From positions 6,480,389-6,544,388 of the forward strand of contig CM121343.1 in the NCBI GenBank assembly GCA_051530055.1: 64,000 nucleotides of DNA, given 5' to 3'. This DNA comes from Neoechinorhynchus agilis. Its lineage: Eukaryota > Animalia > Acanthocephala. Numbering within the stretch: position 1 is the first letter of the stretch; each line of letters opens with the position of its first letter. Of the stretch, positions 23,257-36,227 are shown piece by piece. The notes beneath the pieces are model-generated. The model ran no database searches. It saw only the letters and a list, made by a program, of their open reading frames with translations, and had not been told where the DNA came from. Both the position numbers and the translations under genes were made by a program.

Positions 23257-24377
23257 ACCCCCAGATCGTGTCCGTAATCCACTCCAAAATCATCAACCGC
23301 ATTTATTTAACAAATTAGAACCCGAGTGCTCACAAAGACCCAGAAGTTCATTGCTTCTTTGCTTTGAACAATAAAATGTGATATTATATGCTAATCGGAA
23401 CCAAATAATTAGGCAAAACTCTAAGATCGACCACAGATTTTTATATATTAAATAAAATCACTTTCAATTGATAATTCAATAATCCTCTTAGGATTTAGAT
23501 AAGAAAATATACCCAGGACGTTTGTTTGCAGCATTACGATTTTCCAAAAATCGAACGTCAAATGCATAAAAATTAAGAAATATTCGTCTTAACAAACAGC
23601 AATATTATCAGTGATTGGTAATTTCGTTCCAATAGATTTAACGTCGCAGTCCTCAACAAAGCAACAAGGAAATAAAAATAAAGGCATTCAAGTATCAAAA
23701 GGTAGTCATCTTCAAAATAGAAAAACATTTTTGCAAATTTATTTGAACGTTTTTGGTATCTCTGGGGTTACCAGCACTGTCAGAATGTGAACAAACTTTT
23801 TAGCGTGTTTTGCACAAACTTTCTAAATTATTCAATTGGCAAATTAAAGAATTTTCACTTAGAAAACAATTCAATAATTCAGAATTCAATATTGGCGTCG
23901 AAATTAATTTATCTGCAAGTTTAATTTTACTCGATTTAAGAAATTTCTCAGAAAAGCTTCGTATTAAAAACTGGCAGATACTTCAGGGGATCAGAAATCA
24001 ATTTATTGGACAACGGAATCATGCGCTTAAAGTCAAAGTTCACTGATTGGTTGCACAATGAAACAAAGCGTTCAGCAACGAGATTTGAATGTTCTGAACT
24101 CAAACGATGAAAAGTCTAAATCGTAATAGAAAATATTTAGAATTCAAAATAAAAAAAGATGACGGGAACATGCGAGAACGGCGTTCAAAACAAATACCTA
24201 ACGTAAAACGACCAATAGAATCTTGGTAGATGTTTACGTTCACGTGAGTATAAATACGGCTCACACACTCGATCCGGACACCATATCTGAATCGTTGAAT
24301 CATCTCGTATCCTTCATATCTTAAAGATCCTCCTTTTTGCTTTACACTCGATTTATAAATCACTTTTCACTGTTTAG

Positions 24378-25445
24378 ATGTCTCATTCAAGCGAAAGTTC
24401 GGTTTATGGTCAGGACGACCTTGAAAGCAGTATTGATACTTCAAGTGGCGATGAGCAGAATGAGGAAATTCCATCAGAAAATCCTGAGCAGTCGAATGCT
24501 CCGGAGCTGAAAAGATACCGTCGCATGAACAACTGGGGACCTGAAAGTTTTGCAGAATTAATCGAAAAGGCTATTCAGAGCAGCGAGGAAAAGAGACTCC
24601 GACTAAGAGAAATATATTCGTGGTTCATGGATAACATCCCATATTTTGCTGAGCGAAGTGATTTAATCGCAAGCAAGCAATGGAAGGTACGTTGTGATTC
24701 TTATAACCCACGTCAAATTCGTTGTGATTTTTAGAATTCGATCAGGCACAATCTTTCACTTCATAAAAGATTTAAGAGAATTTTTGTTGGGACGACACTG
24801 AGAGTATCTTACTGGACAGTAGATCAAAATAATCATGAAGAGGATCATCAAAATTCAGATCGAAAGCGTTCAAATCCAAATTTAATGGATGACGCTGAAA
24901 ACAAATGGATCCTACCCGCCACTGAATTTACCGGCCCGGTTAATTGTCCGCCCTTTTATAATAATCAAATGTTACAACATTCGAACGTTCCATATTTGGG
25001 ATATGGGACGAATGATAACACGAACCTGATTAATTCTAACCAACAGTTCGATTATTTCAATGTTGCTTCGAATGCATTTGGACAAAATGGAAGTTTTAAC
25101 CTTGGGAACAATGAGGTTATGGCACACTCCGCTGCCATTCCTCACAATTACGCTTCGAATGGGAACATGAATATTGGAATAGGCTATCAAAATCTGAACA
25201 ATACCATTTTATCCGGTCACGGAACAGATTTTCCAACGATTCCAACAAATTGCAATTCACAAATGACAAATCCCAATTATCGTATGCTAAATTGCTGTGT
25301 GGATCCGACCCATGGAAACAATATTACACAGTACGTTTTGCTACCGTTTTGCCAAAGATGCAGCGAAATACAATCTTTGAATACCGGAATATTTATTACG
25401 GAACAACAAGCGATGGCAGCTCTTGGCACTTACAAGTTCAATTGA
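24378..25445 (+). CDS. Divergent FoxO/DAF-16-like forkhead transcription factor; 2 exons
   Basis: NNWGPESFAELIEKAIQSSEEKRLRLREIYSWFMDNIPYF..WK|NSIRHNLSLHKRF. The 48-nt intron 24687-24734 sits at the FoxO-typical WK|NS position and the frame continues into ORF 24885..25445. Confidence 0.85.
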
Positions 25446-26745
25446 CCAAATTTCAGTCATTGTAATAAAATAGTTCAAGCGAATTGAGGTAGCAATAACA
25501 AAGCTTAATTTTCGAACGAGCAGAGTTAGAATTTTTTACTTGCTTAATAAGATTTAAAAGGACGACTTTTTAAGACTTTAAAGGTAAGATGTAATTGCAA
25601 GACAGTACCAGTTTTAAAGTTAATAATTTTCACGGTATTCCTGAGCGATACTTTTACCTTATCTTAGCCTCGACCTTGTAAATAATAAACTTCTAACCGA
25701 GTGTTACAAGAAAAACTGTAAAAAGTTCTCACTGCAACTTTGATTCAATAAAACAATTTGAGAAGTCTTATACGAGAAATAAATGAAATTATTGGATTTA
25801 GAACGATATAAGATATTCGCATAGTTGAAATCGCTCAAACAAGGATGCAACACAGAGCGATTGTATGATTTTGACTTATCGAATCTTTAGTACAGGACGG
25901 ATTCGCGACTTGAAAAGGAAACAATCAACCTGCAGTAAATTCGAAATTGAAGAGGTGTCCATCGTCTATCGATTTCAATACAAAAGTGAAGGAAATTTTT
26001 ACTGCACGATTGATATTTGGCTGTTACCTATAAGCCGAGATCAGGCAAAAGGAGTCCCAAACTCTGAGAGCTTCTAGCATGCCGAATTATCCCGCAGGGG
26101 GGGGGATTGTTTTGTTACTCCAATGTTTTCTCTTACTTATTCCTGATCTCCTCGGCTCAGAGATCAGCTTTTGGTGGATAACAGGAGGAAGCAAACAATG
26201 GTAAACGTCGACAAAGATGAGCTCATGATGTCTATAAATGTTCAAAGATGCTCAATGGGACCAAATTGTATGCGTGCTTATTTAAATAAAATCAATATTG
26301 TTTAAACAACAAGTTTTTACTACAGTCGGACATCACAAATCCAGAATTAAAAATATCAGGACAGATTTGTTAAAATTCTGGACGTAATATTTAAACAACG
26401 TGTTTCCAAATATAAACATCCATTTGTTGAAGTGTGAACGGCTCCATCCTTAAAATTGAAAACCTGAGCATATAATCCTAGACATTCAGAGAAAATCTTT
26501 AAAGTCGAACGCAACATACAAATATTTTAATTCCATGCTAAGAAGTAAATATTCCGTAGTATTGGACCCCTGTGATTATTTGGTTGTTTTATTCTTTTTG
26601 AATTATCATCAACGCTGGAAAAATTAAATTTTACAATACGTAAGCGCAATACAACGAACAAACCGTGTGTTTGTTAAACCGAAACAACTTATTTTTCACT
26701 GCGAGTAACAAGCATAAAGCTTATAAACTCTATTTGTTAAAGACA

Positions 26746-27337
26746 ATGAGCGATACAACGCATAAACCAAAACGCCAAGGTGTGATTTTCCCTTGAATGA
26801 TTGCTTAACCGGTTTTTAGGAAAGAAGTTACTTTATGAATTTGTTTTATCTTTACTGAACGATCGATCTCAATCTCATATAATTTGTTGGATGGATTGGG
26901 ATGGTTCGTTTGTGATCAATCAGCCGGATGAATTTGCATGTCGATGGGGATTAGAAACCAATAATCAAAGAATGAACTACGACAAAGTCAGTCGTTGTTT
27001 GAGACATTATTACGCTAGAAATATATTAAGCAAAAAGGATGGAAAGTATCAGTATAAATTCAATTTAAATACCATACAGCAATTGCGCTACAATGCACAA
27101 AGACGCCGTTCTTTACACGTTCCCCATTGTGACCATCAACAACCTTTGAGACAACTCAATAATTTCATGTCGAGGTCAATAAACGAATTTGATCATCATA
27201 ATCAAAATCAATATATGACGCAGTACATTTCCTCACCTAGAGAATCATTTGGACCATTCGTTCAGCGGTTCGATAATGTTATACAGAACATTTCGGTCAA
27301 CAATATGTTCATCAATGAAAATGAACCACCTTCGTGA
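26746..27337 (+). CDS. ETS-domain transcription factor; 2 exons
   Basis: MSDTTHKPKRQ|GKKLLYEFVLSLLND..ICW..F..PDEFACRWG..MNYDKVSRCLRHYY; 40-nt intron at 26780-26819. Confidence 0.88.
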
Positions 27338-27711
27338 AATTGGCAACAACAACAAAGCCCAGTGAAGAATGGGCTCGACGGCCTGAATAGGTCGCCTTTT
27401 CCAATATTCCAAGCATTGTATCACAGTCCGAAATTTGGATCTTCTCTCTTATAACAGCAATACGTTATCATTAAAACTTATTTAAGGAGATTTGCAATAG
27501 GAACGAACATTTCCACCTTTATACTTTTGGTGAAAATAATCAACCTCTCATAACATATTTGAAATATTTCGAACGAAGTAACCTCGCTTCATCAGTCATT
27601 GTTAGAATGTTTTTATTCGCATTTGATGAAGCGAGGTTACCTCCTTCGAAATATTTCAAATATTGTACGTTGGCGAATCCTGTCCCCGATGTTGTCGTTA
27701 CTCATTTATTT

Positions 27712-27751
27712 GAGAAATATTTCACAAGGTTTCCCTTGCCTCTTCAGTCTC
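27712..27751 (-). ncRNA. Minimal type I hammerhead ribozyme in the Penelope pLTR
   Basis: gaga-CTGAAGA-G-GCAAGG-gaaa-CCTTGT-GAA-ATAT-T-tctc: 4-bp stem I, 6-bp stem II and a palindromic ATAT stem III. Confidence 0.75.
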
Positions 27752-28236
27752 TACTTAAAATGGAGACGATATATAGACAGCATGCACAACCGGTCACGTC
27801 TGGATGCAGCTCAGATCCGCGGGTTTGCTAATACCCGATCCGCACACACCTCTTGCAGTTCGTTGCCGACTAATTTGTTCGTCATGCTACGCAACTTTGG
27901 TAGCACCAGAAGTGAAGTTTGATTTATTGCCTTCCATCGTTGGATTTCCCAGGATGTGAATGGCCCGAAGAATCAGTCTTCTTCTAAGATACGGTTCGCT
28001 GGTTATGAATCTCGCCTTTTCAAAATCCACCTTGTGCTGGGTTGTTTGTTGGTGGTTCGAGATTGCTGAGGATTTATCGAAATTACTGCAAGCCTTGTTT
28101 ATGCTGCGAGATCCGTTTCTTGATCCCTTGCATGGTTTGTCCAATGTAGACCTTTGGGCATTCTGCACATGGGATTTTGTATATCCCTGATTTGGTCTCT
28201 TGCTTGGCTTTCCTATGTCATCTCCATTTTAGATAA

Positions 28237-28274
28237 AGACTGAAGAGGCAAAGAAAACCTTGCGAAATATTTCT
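28237..28274 (+). ncRNA. Hammerhead ribozyme copy in the inverted pLTR
   Basis: aga-CTGAAGA-G-GCAAAG-aaaa-CCTTGC-GAA-ATAT-T-tct, with one mismatch in stem II. Confidence 0.7.
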
Positions 28275-28359
28275 AAAATAAATGAGTAACGAAAACACCG
28301 GGGACAGGATTCGCCAACGTACAATCAAATTCACCCCGAGGACAATGATATATGACATT

Positions 28360-29763
28360 TCAAGTATGTTATGACCGGTTGATTAGTTTCACCAAAAGTA
28401 TACTTTGATTATCCCGAAGGATTTTCTTTGTCGATGAAGTATTTTATTATACTTTTGGTGAAAATAATCAACCGGTCATCACATATTTGAAATATTTCGA
28501 AGGAGGAAACCTCGCATCATCAGTCATTGTTAAAGTGTTTCTATTCACATTTGATGATGCGAGCTTACCTCTTTCGAAATATTTCAAATATGTTATGAGA
28601 GGTTGATTATTTTCACCAAAAGTATAATAAAATACTTCATCGGCGGAGAAAATCCTTCGGGATAATCAAAGTATAATTTTGGTGAAAATAATCAACTGGT
28701 CATTATATATTTGAAATATTTCGAAAGAGGAAACCTCGCATCATCAGTCATTGTTAAAGTGTTTTTATTCTCATTTGATGAGCGAGCTTACCTCTTTCGA
28801 AATATTTCAAATATGTTATGAGAGGTTGATTATTTTCACCAAAAGTATAATAAAATACTTCATCGACGGAGAAAATCCTTCGGGATAATCAAAGTATAAT
28901 TTTGGTGAAAATAATCAACTGGTCATTATATATTTGAAATATTTCGAAAGAGGAAACCTCGCATCATCAGTCATTGTTAAAGTGTTTTTATTCTCATTTG
29001 ATGAAGCGAGCTTACCTCTTTCGAAATATTTCAAATATGTTATGAGAGGTTGATTATTTTCACCAAAAGTATAATAAAATACTTCATCGACGGAGAAAAT
29101 CCTTCGGGATAATCAAAGTATAATTTTGGTGAAAATAATCAACTGGTCATTATATATTTGAAATATTTCGAAAGAGGAAACCTCGCATCATCAGTCATTG
29201 TTAAAGTGTTTTTATTCTCATTTGATGAAGCGAGCTTACCTCTTTCGAAATATTTCAAATATGTTATGAGAGGTTGATTATTTTCACCAAAAGTATAATA
29301 AAATACTTCATCGACGGAGAAAATCCTTCGGGATAATCAAAGTATAATTTTGGTGAAAATAATCAACTGGTCATTATATATTTGAAATATTTCGAAAGAG
29401 GAAACCTCGCATCATCAGTCATTGTTAAAGTGTTTTTATTCTCATTTGATGATGCGAGCTTACCTCTTTCGAAATATTTCAAATATATGATGACCGGTTG
29501 ATTATTTTCATCAAAAGTATAATAAAATACTTCATCGACAAAGAAAATCCTTCGGGATAATCAAAGTATAATTTTGGTGAAAATAATCAACCTATCATAA
29601 CATATTTGAAATATTTCGAACGAAGTAACCTCGCCTCATCAAATGAGAATAAAAACACTTTAACAATGACTGATGATGCGAGGTTTCCTCTTTCGAAATA
29701 TTTCAAATATGTGATGACCGGTTGATTATTTTCACAAAAAATATACTTTGATTATCCCGAAGG
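28360..29763. repeat. 224-bp tandem array (6 units) of palindromes with hammerhead-like motifs in both arms; solo unit at ~27525-27660
   Basis: ggtgaaaataatcaac at 28457, 28681, 28904, 29128, 29352 and 29576. Each unit is an inverted repeat containing (C/T)TGATGA...GAAATATTTC on both strands. Confidence 0.92.
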
Positions 29764-30119
29764 AGGATCACGGGGAGCTGTTTTAAATCGACTAAATAAC
29801 GAAAAAAGTTTGAAGATTGAATTGTTCACCTAAATTGTTTTCTGGCGTACACGTTTAATTTGTATACCAGAAAACAACCAATAACGAAAAATACAAAGGA
29901 AAATGCGAAAAATGCTTCAAGTCTACAATTTTAGAGAAACACTTGCAAGCCACTTTACCATTCGAATAGGATGCACCGAAAAGGAAATCATAATCTCAAT
30001 AAGTGCATTATTTACGTTAAACTCAAACGCCCTCTGATACCTTTATTTGCCTTCCAAAGATACTTAGCCCAAAAGCAAATACCGTTCGGTCTGTTCAATC
30101 ACAGATTCATAGAGTAACT

Positions 30120-32619
30120 CTAAACCTTAATATTTGCCATACATAGAGCTATTTCCATAGCAGTTTTAGCATCTTCGACCGAATCATGGTGACCGATTTG
30201 AATTTCCCTTCCAAGAAGTTCCATGGCAATTTTTTTCAATTTGGGCCGAAACTGCATTCGATATCGATCGCGCCACAAAATCGCCGTATCAACAATCAGC
30301 TCATGACATATACCGAGAACTTTGAAGTCGTTTTCTAACCCATGACCAATAACGATGGTTTCCGGTCCCAAATACTCAGCCAGCATCTTAATCACATCGC
30401 TTGGTGTTGTATTTACATCCTTCATAATTTCCTCAGTTATTCCTGAAAAGGCTGTATTATAATCAATGATGTCGTTAACGGGCCGAACGAGTGTATCAAT
30501 GATCACACTGAATTCATGATCGCACATTGTCAGTTTCGATAGTTCGAGGCCATTGTTAGTATAACACATTTCGCAATCAATGGCGTAAATCCCAGCGAAC
30601 TCCTGATACCGCCTAGATGGATACTCTGCTTGAAGGTCTTTTGTCGTCTTATATTTAATTGGTTGAACTCGTTGTGTAAAGACGTGCGTGGCGGCTTCCG
30701 CACACCCAACCTCACCAGCGGTAACTCCGCAGCAACTGTGGTGACCGTCGAAGATCTTCTCTGTGTGATATCTACAAACTTCATCAAGTTTTCGGAAGCC
30801 ACCAATCGACTTAATTACAGAACGACATCGATGGCAAACTCGTACTTCCATTTCGACATTTTCATTGCTCTGTCGGACGGGCTTGCCTAAGAATCGCATA
30901 TCCGGATCCACGACAAACGTTCGTCCACTATCTTGTGCCACCTTTTTGATATACGTCCGCGTTTCCACCTTAAAAACAAAACGTCCTTTCAAAATACACT
31001 AAACGAATTGCTAAAATCAAAAAAAAATATCCAACGGCGTATTCTCATTCGCTGATCACTCATTTAAGGCACACGCGCGCGAGCTTCGTTTTCCGCTTTA
31101 GTTTACAAATTTATAAGACAAGAAATTCTTCGGATTTAGGAAGTGAACCTTAATTTTACGAGAATCTTAAAACAAAAATGACCAATGCGGTATTATCGGA
31201 TAACTGTAATTACTTGGCACCGATCATAAAAAAAAGGTTGAAAAAGTATGACAAGAATTCATGTTAAAAGTCAAGTTTCTTATCGGTCAAATAAATTCAT
31301 TTTGCGAAGCAGAAATACAAAATTGTGCATTATACCTACGAAAACCCGATTTTTTCAGGAAGCAAAAAAAACGAATGCCGTTTGTCGGATACTGGTGAAA
31401 AGATGCAATTTTAGTTAACAATGGCAAATAAGTACGAGATGGACCCAATGACAATAACCGTTAACGTGCAGGATATCACAATTTAAGAGAAAAACTTAAT
31501 TGAGTATGAAATTTTTACAAATGAAACAAAGCTTAGTAAATTTACAGCGAAAAAGTGGAAATCGCAGTTATATGGAAATCCGTTGCGAATTAGATCACGC
31601 TTTTGCAACGTTATTTTCATAAATTGGTTATAGACGTCTATTTTTGTTTTTAGATCAGGATCCGGCTCGCCAGATTTCGATATCTTCGCGGTTACATCGC
31701 CGACGATCGCTGGATCCAGTTTTCGGATTTGCAAAACATATTCAGTGTTGATATTTCGATAATTCTGCTCGCTGACTGCTTTCGTATAAGCTAGTCGTTC
31801 TAATTCACGCGATCTGGCTAAGATCGATATTCTTTCAGGAACGGGCAATAGCTCAGGATTATGGAAATCGGATCCCATGTTTTGTTTCACGATTGCACTT
31901 CCAATTTCACTTGATAACTTCCTAATCATTGCACAACGTAATTTAAATGGAAGAGTAAAAAGATATCGGCGTCCTGAGCAAGGAAGCGGTACCATTGAGC
32001 ATCGTTCTGGATGAGCATCAGCAACTAAAGCGTGCCTCCGGACTAACTGTTCTTGGACATCAATTCTGCGATGTAGTAAAGATGAACTCAAATTGTCCAC
32101 GTCAACATTGTGCGCCTTTCGCATTATAATCCCTGGAACTGTGTTCTTAACGCTACTTTTAATTCGATTTGTTTCCAAAGAAGAAACATTCTGCAATAAA
32201 CGAGTTGAATTGTTCAATTTAAAATTCTGATCAATCCGCATCTTTTTCATCGCTGGTGCCTTATCATCGGTTGACAGTAGTTTCACTTTTGAACTGTGAG
32301 GAGTACGTGGAACCTTTGCTGTAATTGCAGCTTCGGTACAACGCAATTCGATGGCGTCCGGTTCATTTGAGCCACATTTGGAGTCGGAGTTCAACTGATA
32401 TGGACGCTCAAGATCCTGTCGAATGGGCGAAAGCGGTGGCGACTCTATTTCATCACCAGCGCATAAAATCTCAGGAGTTGTGCATGTTCCATTCAATGAT
32501 GTGGCATCCTTCAATTCTTTACTGTCTATTGAATGTTTAAAAGGACAGTATGACCGACGGCATTTTTCATCAAAGGGGCATAAACTAGTCGAATTGAGAT
32601 TTCCCCGGAATGGAAACAT
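30120..32619 (-). CDS. REXO1: RNA exonuclease 1 homolog (DEDDh)
   Basis: N-terminal CPFDEKCRRSYCPFKH; C-terminal CHRC..CRYH, AIDCEMCYT, DYNTAFSGIT, IGHGLENDF and HDSVEDA. Internal exons between 31000 and 31650 were not fully resolved. Confidence 0.9.
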
Positions 32620-34139
32620 TCTGATATCTACAATAAAGCCTTCAAAAACGTTCTTTTTGCAAAAATTCAAACACAAAAAGTATCAATTATCGAGATATAG
32701 CCCAGCGGACCTTCCTATCCTACCGAACCCGTAATCCACTCCAAAATCAACAATCGCTTTCTTTAAAACAAATCTGAACTCGAGTTTTATGAGAACCCAA
32801 ACGGGGACATGGGCCCAATTATTTGTTAATTAACAAATGACACATCACGGAAAATCCTCTACTGATTTGAGAGTATTTTTAAACATCGTTTACAAAAAAC
32901 TTAAGAAAATCGCCCGTGAAATGCTACTCCTTCTGGGAAACGATGGGCCAAACTCATATACCGAATTTATTCGCATAGAAGAAGTCCGACGAAACTGATA
33001 AAAAATTGTCCCAAAGGGAATCAATAAATTCATTTCTATATCACCAAATAAAATAAATCAATTAACAATTTCTTTACACCAATCAGATACGAGAGTTGTT
33101 TTTTTAGGATAACCGAAAATCCAATTTTATTTTAAGCAAAATTAACGCAGAATTATATAATTTTAGCTTTATTGTTAAAAAATAATAACCTATGTAAAGT
33201 TCATGTAGTTGACAAAAATTTATCCGGATAATTGAAGTTCGACTGAATTTTCAAATCTTTTATCTTATTAATCGTAGATTTCTCAAAAATTCGTTTCTAA
33301 TCGTTTTAAATTGTTAAAAGTTTACAAGATATAAAATTACACTTGATATTTAGATTTTGACCAGACCTGAAGAAGTCCGACGAAATTGATGAAATATTTA
33401 ATCTTTATATGACCAAATAAAATAAATCCATGATCAACTTCTTTACACCAATCGAATTTAGCTGTTTAAAAATCCGAAAATGAGGACACGTCACGTAATT
33501 CGTCTTGTAAGTCGCGTTTGATTCTTTCGGTTCGTGTTTTGCTCGAATGAATTCGGATAGCAATGTAGTGCGATCGTCGATACCTCATGGAAATCACGCA
33601 AGCAATAAACACCTCCTTAGTAACACACAACCTGGGTCTTTCGCTATCTGATTGGTATATTGAGCGACGCTTATCGTCTCGCTAAAGATCGTGGTTTCTC
33701 GAAGCTTTATTTTTCATTTGTTTGTTTTTAAGCTCCATAGCAACACTTTCCGGGAACAGCTACGAACTTGTTTGTTTATAAACCTTATGAAATCGCTTAA
33801 GGATTCTTTCGTATCCTGTATTTAATACTCGCTTTCTCATCTGATCGTCACTATTAAAAGATATTCTCATTCCTTGGAGCCTAAGTTCGTATGCGTATTT
33901 TGATCGTTCCTCAATAACGATCCGTGTTTTTCTTCTTTAGATTTGTATTGTCTTTAGTTTTTATCGGTTTTTAAACGTTTGATCATACGTCACGTGTAAG
34001 TTTGCCTTTAGATTCTTCCGTGTTTGTTGTTCAATCGAATCTTAACTGTAGATACGTCATAACACGGAAGAACGCGTTAGCGTAGTGTGTCGGTGGTTTA
34101 AACATTTGGAGTTGTGGTTTATAGTCCGTCATTTTAGAG

Positions 34140-35810
34140 ATGAGTAACCGAGGTCGTATCAACGAATATAAGTATTATGGGAAGGATCCACAGGAGATGC
34201 GTCGTCAGCGTGCGGAGGTTTCTACGAACCTTCGCAAGATCAAACGTGAGGAAGTATTGAACAAACGCCGTAATATTGATTTCGATGCTTTGGCTGCGGA
34301 CGAATCACTTGGGACGAATTCGAACATAAAAGCTCAACTCGAGGATTTAGTGGAGCGTGCGATGTCTCCAGATCCGGTTGTTAGATTGGACGCAGTAAAA
34401 GCGACTCGTAAGCTTTTATCTGCTGATCAACGTCCACCGATCAATGATGTTATATCTTCCCCGATGTTCGCAATTCTGATTGAAGCTCTTAAACTTGACG
34501 GTGAAGCTCCGCTTCAATTTGAAGCGGCTTGGGCTCTAACAAACATCGCATCGGGTGATAGTCATCAGACCCAAGCGGTGGTTCGTGGTGGCGCGGTGGA
34601 GCATTTTGTACGACTGCTCAAATCTCCTCAAATGAGTGTATGCGAGCAAGCCGTCTGGGCACTCGGGAACATTATCGGAGACGGTGCAGAGTGTCGAGAG
34701 TATGTGGTAAGACATGGATTTATTGATTTGCTATTGGCGTTTGTGAACCCGAATACCGGGTTACCTTTCCTACGAAATGTCACTTGGGTAATGGTCAATC
34801 TCTGCAGAAACAAAGATAAACCTCTTCCTAGTCTAAAATTGATCGGACAACTAACACCGGCCCTTTTAAAACTCATTCATCACACTGACCATAACATATT
34901 GGTCGATACCGTTTGGGCGGTTTCATACATTACCGATATGGGAAGTCCGTATTTGCAACATGTGATCGATTGTGGCATTGTGCCATATATAATTCCACTT
35001 TTGCATCATCGGGAACTCAAGGTCGTGGCGAGTGCACTCCGCGCCGTGGGTAATATAGCGACCGGATCTCATGAACAAACTCAAGTAGTAGTGGATAATG
35101 GAGTTTTGAACTATATTCCGTCTTTACTTGAACATCCAAAAGAAAGAATAAAGAAGGAAGCTACGTGGTTGCTTTCGAACATCACGGCTGGAACCGAGAC
35201 TCAACTGAGTGCAGTTATTGAAGCAGGGGTCATTCCAAAAGTGATTTATTTCTTAGAGAACTCAGAAATTCAAACGAAAAAAGAAGCCGCGTGGTGTATT
35301 TCAAACATGGCGGTCAGTGGCAATCACGAACAGGTTCGCTATTTGCTTCAATTGAACGCCACTATTCCATTGTGCAACCTTCTTCGATGTGACAATGCCG
35401 AGATTATCCGAGTCTCGCTCGATGCCATCAATAAGCTTCTGAATCATTGCACTCCGGCTGAATTAAAAGAATTGACATTAGCCATTGAAGAAACCAAAGG
35501 ACTTGAGGCAATTGAAAAACTTCAAACTCATCAAAGTAAAGACATCTACAAAACGGCGTATGAGATCCTCGATGCTTATTTCCCAGAAGAAGACGCTGGT
35601 GGTCAGAACAGCGACATTGAAGCCGATGAATCAGGTGAAATCAAAGGTGAAGAAGATGATGATGAAGATGATGACGAAGGTACTGCAAACTCTCGAGCTC
35701 ACAGCACCATGAACGACGAAAACAGCAATGATAGAGGCGACGACGGAGACGAGTCGCCGCATATGAGTGGACTCGATGAAACCACTGGATCGGCTCCCTT
35801 CAAATTCTAA
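34140..35810 (+). CDS. KPNA4: Importin alpha-3 clade protein (KPNA3/4), intronless
   Basis: IBB domain ([28 protein letters not shown]), ARM repeats [15 protein letters not shown] and [13 protein letters not shown], and a C-terminal FKF. Confidence 0.92.
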   Translation: MSNRGRINEYKYYGKDPQEMRRQRAEVSTNLRKIKREEVLNKRRNIDFDALAADESLGTNSNIKAQLEDLVERAMSPDPVVRLDAVKATRKLLSADQRPPINDVISSPMFAILIEALKLDGEAPLQFEAAWALTNIASGDSHQTQAVVRGGAVEHFVRLLKSPQMSVCEQAVWALGNIIGDGAECREYVVRHGFIDLLLAFVNPNTGLPFLRNVTWVMVNLCRNKDKPLPSLKLIGQLTPALLKLIHHTDHNILVDTVWAVSYITDMGSPYLQHVIDCGIVPYIIPLLHHRELKVVASALRAVGNIATGSHEQTQVVVDNGVLNYIPSLLEHPKERIKKEATWLLSNITAGTETQLSAVIEAGVIPKVIYFLENSEIQTKKEAAWCISNMAVSGNHEQVRYLLQLNATIPLCNLLRCDNAEIIRVSLDAINKLLNHCTPAELKELTLAIEETKGLEAIEKLQTHQSKDIYKTAYEILDAYFPEEDAGGQNSDIEADESGEIKGEEDDDEDDDEGTANSRAHSTMNDENSNDRGDDGDESPHMSGLDETTGSAPFKF

Positions 35811-35855
35811 ACGGGAAGTCGGTGGTTGCCAGTAGATACGCGCAGAAGGTTCGTT

Positions 35856-35965
35856 GTGGTGGTGGTGGCGCCTGTGTGTGTGTGTGTGTGTGAACGTGGA
35901 CTTGCGCTATTTTACTCGTAAAGATCCAGGTTCCACACAAACAACAACAACAACAACAACAACAT
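35856..35965. repeat. Microsatellites (GGT)n, (GT)n, (CAA)n in the importin 3' region
   Basis: Seen directly in the sequence. Confidence 0.9.
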
Positions 35966-36227
35966 ATACAGGCACACAGTAGCTTGTTCGCGGGCTTGCA
36001 TGCCATGACGCTTTCCTGTTCAATTAAAATTTACCGCGTTCTAGTTTCTCTTCGAGAGCCATGTTTTTATTTATCGCAAAAAACAACAACAACAACAACA
36101 ATGTTGGTTAATAAATAAACCAGTCTAAAATTGTCGATATGTGCGGGGAGGAGGTAGAGGGGAATGTGATTAGAGAATTATTATGGTTAGAAATCTTCAT
36201 CACAGGGTAAATAATTATTTCGATTAA

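Larger units (their letters stand above)
27640..28330 (-). mobile_element. Penelope-like element, 5'-truncated: GIY-YIG fragment between inverted pLTR copies
   Basis: The minus strand reads SGIYKIPCAECPKVYIGQT..RISQHK, then a 1-nt frameshift into SAISNHQQTTQHKVDFEKARFI..LRAIHI. Segment 27661-27766 is the reverse complement of ~28220-28325. Confidence 0.88.

Noticed and set aside
21773-23318. ORFs 21773..22039 and 23103..23318
   Set aside because: They are translations of the 245-bp satellite unit.
33361-33400. CTGAAGA-A-GTC-C-GAC-GAAA hammerhead-like motif
   Set aside because: The stem II loop is 1 nt and stems I and III are absent, so it is at most a dead remnant.
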